Assembly (NCBI GenBank): GCA_000004985.1
Contig: GG739394.1
DNA length: 1,523 nucleotides
From: Naegleria gruberi
Taxonomy: Eukaryota
Reading direction: 5' to 3' (one strand)
Shown here: piece after piece, positions 1 to 1,523 of the stretch
Position numbering within the stretch: the first letter of the stretch is position 1
Layout of the letters: every line of letters begins with the position of its first letter
The notes under the pieces: model-generated
What the model was told of the DNA's origin: nothing
Databases searched by the model: none
Seen by the model: only the letters and a program-made list of their open reading frames with translations
Program-made: the position numbers and the translations under genes

Positions 1-65
1 GATCGGCTTTTGGATTCTTCCTTGTTCTCTGATGAAGAAGGTTTGGTCTTTTTACTTGGAGGCAT
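1..65 (-). CDS. Putative 5' end of a second minus-strand gene. ATG at 65..63 is followed by MPPSKKTKPSSSENKEESKSR(S), and the frame is still open at the left window edge.
   Basis: Seen in sequence. The reverse complement of 1..75 reads aaaaaaATGcctccaagtaaaaagaccaaaccttcttcatcagagaacaaggaagaatccaaaagccgatc, with an A-rich run directly before the ATG (yeast-type initiation context). The frame is open for all 21 visible codons to position 1. The N-terminus is Lys/Ser/Glu-rich. A promoter-like AT-rich interval with a motif array lies on its 5' side (66..740). Only 21 codons are visible, so statistical support is weak. Confidence 0.3.
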   Translation of the reverse strand, partial: MPPSKKTKPSSSENKEESKSR

Positions 66-216
66 TTTTTTCTGTTGATTATTTCTAGTTTTTAGGAGAT
101 TTTTTAATACTTTACAACGTTAATCTCATCGACCAGTCTTTTCATATTTTATGCCTTGATGGTACAGTGTATTATGTATTATTTGAATAATTGTTGAACT
201 CATTGGAGCTCCAGAC

Positions 217-223
217 TATAAAA
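217..223 (+). promoter_or_regulatory. Consensus TATAAAA on the plus strand, 19 bp upstream of a small plus-strand ATG at 242 and about 100 bp upstream of the TTTGCGAAA array.
   Basis: Seen in sequence: agacTATAAAAcaag. Orientation and use are unknown. A chance match in AT-rich DNA is plausible. Confidence 0.2.
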
Positions 224-320
224 CAAGATTGTTGAAAAAAAATGAGCTCCTCCACTACCACCACCACAAAAAAGCCAGTCATTCAAATTAAACTCTTGAA
301 AAATAATCGGACGGGTGTTT

Positions 321-427
321 TTTGCGAAAAAATAAAATTTTTTGCGAAATGAAAATGAGCATTTGCGAAAGGTTCAATAATTTGCGAAAAAATTTTAATT
401 AAGCGAATAAATTCTTGTTTGGCGAAA
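321..427. repeat. Phased array of six copies of a 9-bp core TTTGCGAAA (minus strand TTTCGCAAA) with 19-21 bp centre-to-centre spacing. Four copies are perfect (321-329, 341-349, 362-370, 381-389) and two are degenerate (400-408 tAAGCGAAt, 419-427 TTgGCGAAA). It is a likely cis-regulatory site cluster.
   Basis: Seen in sequence. The GCGAA sub-core starts at 324, 344, 365, 384, 403 and 422, giving spacings of 20, 21, 19, 19 and 19. That is about two helical turns, so all copies fall on the same DNA face. The 10-12 bp spacers between cores have diverged almost completely (aaataaaattt / tgaaaatgagca / ggttcaataa / aaattttaatt ...) while the first four cores are identical. This points to constraint on the core rather than a recent neutral tandem duplication. 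Confidence 0.75.
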
Positions 428-510
428 AATCTAGATAATTATTTTTCATCTTCCGAAGCAACACCATGATCCTAACATCTTTACAACATTATCCTCAATA
501 GATAGACATG

Positions 511-526
511 AAAAAGAAAAAAAAAG
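511..526. promoter_or_regulatory. Poly(dA:dT) tract aaaaagaaaaaaaaag (A5 G A9 G), a candidate nucleosome-excluding element in the intergenic region. It contains AAAAGAAA.
   Basis: Seen in sequence. It is 16 nt of A with two G interruptions, followed 10 bp later by TATATATA. The role in nucleosome depletion is established knowledge for yeast-type promoters. Its function here is inferred. Confidence 0.4.
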
Positions 527-536
527 ATTCCCTTGG

Positions 537-544
537 TATATATA
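537..544. promoter_or_regulatory. TATATATA octamer. It is either a TATA element or, read on the minus strand about 200 nt 3' of the big ORF's stop and followed by a T-run, a yeast-type 3'-end efficiency element (UAUAUA).
   Basis: Seen in sequence: ggTATATATAgc. Assigning it to a promoter versus 3'-end processing is inference. It lies about 470 bp from the putative ATG at 65, which is far for a yeast core promoter. That favours a 3'-end-processing role, or another transcription unit. Confidence 0.3.
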
Positions 545-673
545 GCAGAATGTTTACCATAAAATATTAAACCAACGACTGTAAAGTGTTACTAGCACAG
601 TTGGGAAAAGATGAAAAATGCACCTCTCTCTGTTTCGAGACTCGCTAACATTTTGACTGTTTTTGGCTTTTAC

Positions 674-706
674 TGAATGTGTATCATTATACAATGAAAA
701 CATTCA
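674..706. other. Imperfect hairpin or inverted repeat in the presumed 3' UTR of the large ORF. The outer stem is tgaatgt/acattca (674-680 / 700-706) and the inner stem is tcatt/aatga (684-688 / 693-697) with a 4-nt loop.
   Basis: Seen in sequence. It is AU-rich, so predicted stability is modest. A chance occurrence in AT-rich DNA is likely. Confidence 0.15.
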
Positions 707-732
707 TGGTATGATAAAGTTCTTGACAGGTT

Positions 733-738
733 TTTATT
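733..738 (-). terminator. AATAAA hexamer on the coding strand 3 nt after the TAA stop of the large ORF. It is a candidate poly(A) or positioning signal.
   Basis: Seen in sequence. Plus 733..738 is tttatt, so the minus strand reads taaATAaccAATAAAaacc immediately after the stop. Function is inferred from general eukaryotic 3'-end signals. The hexamer is expected by chance fairly often in AT-rich DNA. Confidence 0.3.
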
Positions 739-740
739 GG

Positions 741-1523
741 TTATTTAATAGGTCCAGCAGGTTTTGGTGGTATTTTTCTTCTATTTACTCTTTGTCTAAC
801 AGGTACTATGTCAACTTCCATTTCCGAACCTACAATTTCTAAAGAATGATTGTTAATCTCTGTTTGTGTTTCCGATCCAACAATTTCTAAAGGCTTTTCT
901 TGGCCAACACCAAAGAAATTTGATGAATCAACAATTTCATCTATTTGTGTGTCATCTACATCTTGAGAATTATTTTCTAATTGTTTTTGGCTTTCGTTCG
1001 TAATTGTAGTGTTTTGCTCTGTTAATTTCCAACAATCCAATCCAATAAAATTATTCAAGAATTGTCGGTATTTCACTGAATAATATATCCATTTTTCAAT
1101 TCCTAATCTGAGTTTCACCTTTGTCTTGTCTTTAGATAATTTCACTCCTGTTACAGTTTCATTCTCAGCGGTTTTTATCTTCTTTACATAGGAAGCATCA
1201 CATCTATTCAAACTTTCTTCAATAAAAGCCCAGAAGATCCGTATTTGAGTTTCTTGGTGCTTGGTTTTGAATATCTCTAAATCTATTACATTTTTTCTGT
1301 TTGGTATTTTAATATGTAAGAGAATTTCTTCTCCGTTCTTCACAATACCTACAAGCTCATTTTTGGAAAGAATCAGTTCATCCACAGAACATTGCAAGTT
1401 CTCATCTAAAGGAACGACTTCAATATTGTCATCTACATGTACATGATCATACTTTGTTGTTGGATTAGTAATTGGAATTGGTGGTTTGTGTTTTCTACCG
1501 CACTTTTTCCTTCTCGGGAATTT
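741..1523 (-). CDS. Partial protein-coding gene, 5' end beyond the right window edge and stop TAA at 743..741. It encodes at least 261 aa of a hydrophilic protein of unknown family. Visible N-terminal part is KFPRRKKCGRKHKPPIPITNPTTKYDHVHVDDNIEVVPLDENLQCSVDELILSK... and the C-terminus is ...VRQRVNRRKIPPKPAGPIK*.
   Basis: Seen in sequence. The minus-strand frame is stop-free from 1523 down to 744 (261 sense codons), which is very unlikely by chance in AT-rich DNA where stops are frequent. Hand translation of 1398..1523 gives KFPRRKKCGRKHKPPIPITNPTTKYDHVHVDDNIEVVPLDEN with no stop and no in-frame ATG. The track's start codon at 1397 is TTG, so the ORF caller used alternative starts. Codon usage is A/T-rich and uniform (GAA, AAA, ATT, AAT). 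AATAAA follows the stop on the coding strand (plus 733..738). I recognise no family. The protein has basic clusters (PRRKKCGRKHK near the visible N-terminus, RQRVNRRKIPPKP at the C-terminus), an acidic segment (QDVDDTQIDEIVDSS) and a duplicated LEIVGSE motif. Confidence 0.85.
   Translation of the reverse strand, partial: KFPRRKKCGRKHKPPIPITNPTTKYDHVHVDDNIEVVPLDENLQCSVDELILSKNELVGIVKNGEEILLHIKIPNRKNVIDLEIFKTKHQETQIRIFWAFIEESLNRCDASYVKKIKTAENETVTGVKLSKDKTKVKLRLGIEKWIYYSVKYRQFLNNFIGLDCWKLTEQNTTITNESQKQLENNSQDVDDTQIDEIVDSSNFFGVGQEKPLEIVGSETQTEINNHSLEIVGSEMEVDIVPVRQRVNRRKIPPKPAGPIK
821..892 (-). repeat. Intragenic imperfect direct repeat of about 24 bp, at 821..844 and 869..892 (21/23 identical over ttccgaNccNacaatttctaaag), 48 bp apart. 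It encodes the peptide duplication LEIVGSE(T)...LEIVGSE(M).
   Basis: Seen in sequence. Plus-strand copy A is ttccgaacctacaatttctaaag (822-844) and copy B is ttccgatccaacaatttctaaag (870-892). The offset is exactly 16 codons. The protein reads KPLEIVGSETQTEINNHSLEIVGSEMEVD. Confidence 0.8.

Noticed and set aside
1-4. GATC at the extreme left end of the window (Sau3AI/MboI site)
   Set aside because: It is most likely just a cloning or fragment boundary, or a coincidence. It has no biological meaning, though it is a reminder that the left-hand ORF is artificially truncated.
206-250. Two GAGCTCC heptamers (206-212, 244-250) and an (ACC)4-like run at 254-268
   Set aside because: These are short, low-complexity coincidences at the expected frequency for this length. 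The ACC run simply encodes the Thr stretch of the doubtful sORF and is not a significant microsatellite.
395-402. TTAATTAA palindrome inside the motif-array spacer
   Set aside because: It is a trivial AT palindrome in AT-rich DNA. It is not part of the repeating unit and there is no evidence of function.
321-427. Possibility that the ~20-bp periodic array is a CRISPR array or prokaryotic iteron set
   Set aside because: The repeat core is only 9 bp with about 11-bp spacers, far shorter than CRISPR repeat/spacer units. The context is eukaryote-like: A-rich ATG contexts, poly(dA:dT), AATAAA, no Shine-Dalgarno, and a long low-complexity nuclear-type protein. I therefore treat it as a eukaryotic cis-regulatory cluster, not a defence or replication-origin element.
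589-598. TACTAGC, one mismatch from the yeast branch point TACTAAC, and GGTATGA near 708-714 (resembling GTATGT), considered as intron signals
   Set aside because: There is no coherent 5'ss-branch-3'ss arrangement in the right order and strand relative to any ORF. The large ORF is continuous without needing splicing.
1395-1397. Start codon of the large ORF at 1397 as given by the ORF track
   Set aside because: The codon is TTG on the coding strand and the frame remains open upstream to 1523. It is an artefact of an alternative-start ORF caller, not the biological start.
1261-1446. Plus-strand 61-aa ORF from the six-frame track (MVLNISKSITFFLFGILICKRISSPFF...)
   Set aside because: It lies entirely antisense to the long, statistically well-supported minus-strand CDS. 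Its 'start' is TTG (1261-1263), not ATG. It is hydrophobic and low-complexity, as expected from reading A/T-rich coding DNA on the wrong strand. It is a shadow ORF.

Overview
This 1523-bp window is AT-rich (roughly one-third G+C) and looks eukaryotic. It resembles a compact, intron-poor fungal or budding-yeast locus, though I cannot name the organism. It has two parts.

The first part is a long minus-strand coding region. It runs from a TAA stop at 743..741 up through the right window edge at 1523. I re-translated 1398..1523 by hand and found no in-frame stop and no in-frame ATG, so the CDS is 5'-truncated by the window. At least 261 codons are visible. The ORF track's 'M' at 1397 is actually a TTG codon (plus 1395-1397 = caa), so it is not the real start. 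I do not recognise a protein family. There are basic clusters that look like nuclear localisation signals at both ends, an acidic middle, and an internal LEIVGSE duplication.

The second part is a 675-bp non-coding interval, 66..740. It contains a phased array of six TTTGCGAAA cores with ~20-bp spacing (321..427). It also has a poly(dA:dT) tract next to TATATATA, a TATAAAA, and a small GC-rich island. An AATAAA lies immediately 3' of the big ORF's stop.

At the left edge, a second minus-strand ORF appears to start at ATG 65..63. Its context is A-rich (AAAAAAATGCC) and it runs off the window at position 1 (MPPSKKTKPSSSENKEESKSR...). Two co-directional genes would therefore flank an intergenic or promoter region.

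The most notable item is the phased 9-mer array. It behaves like a conserved transcription-factor site cluster rather than a neutral satellite. Nothing here resembles a prokaryotic defence system, a CRISPR array, an RNA gene or a mobile element.
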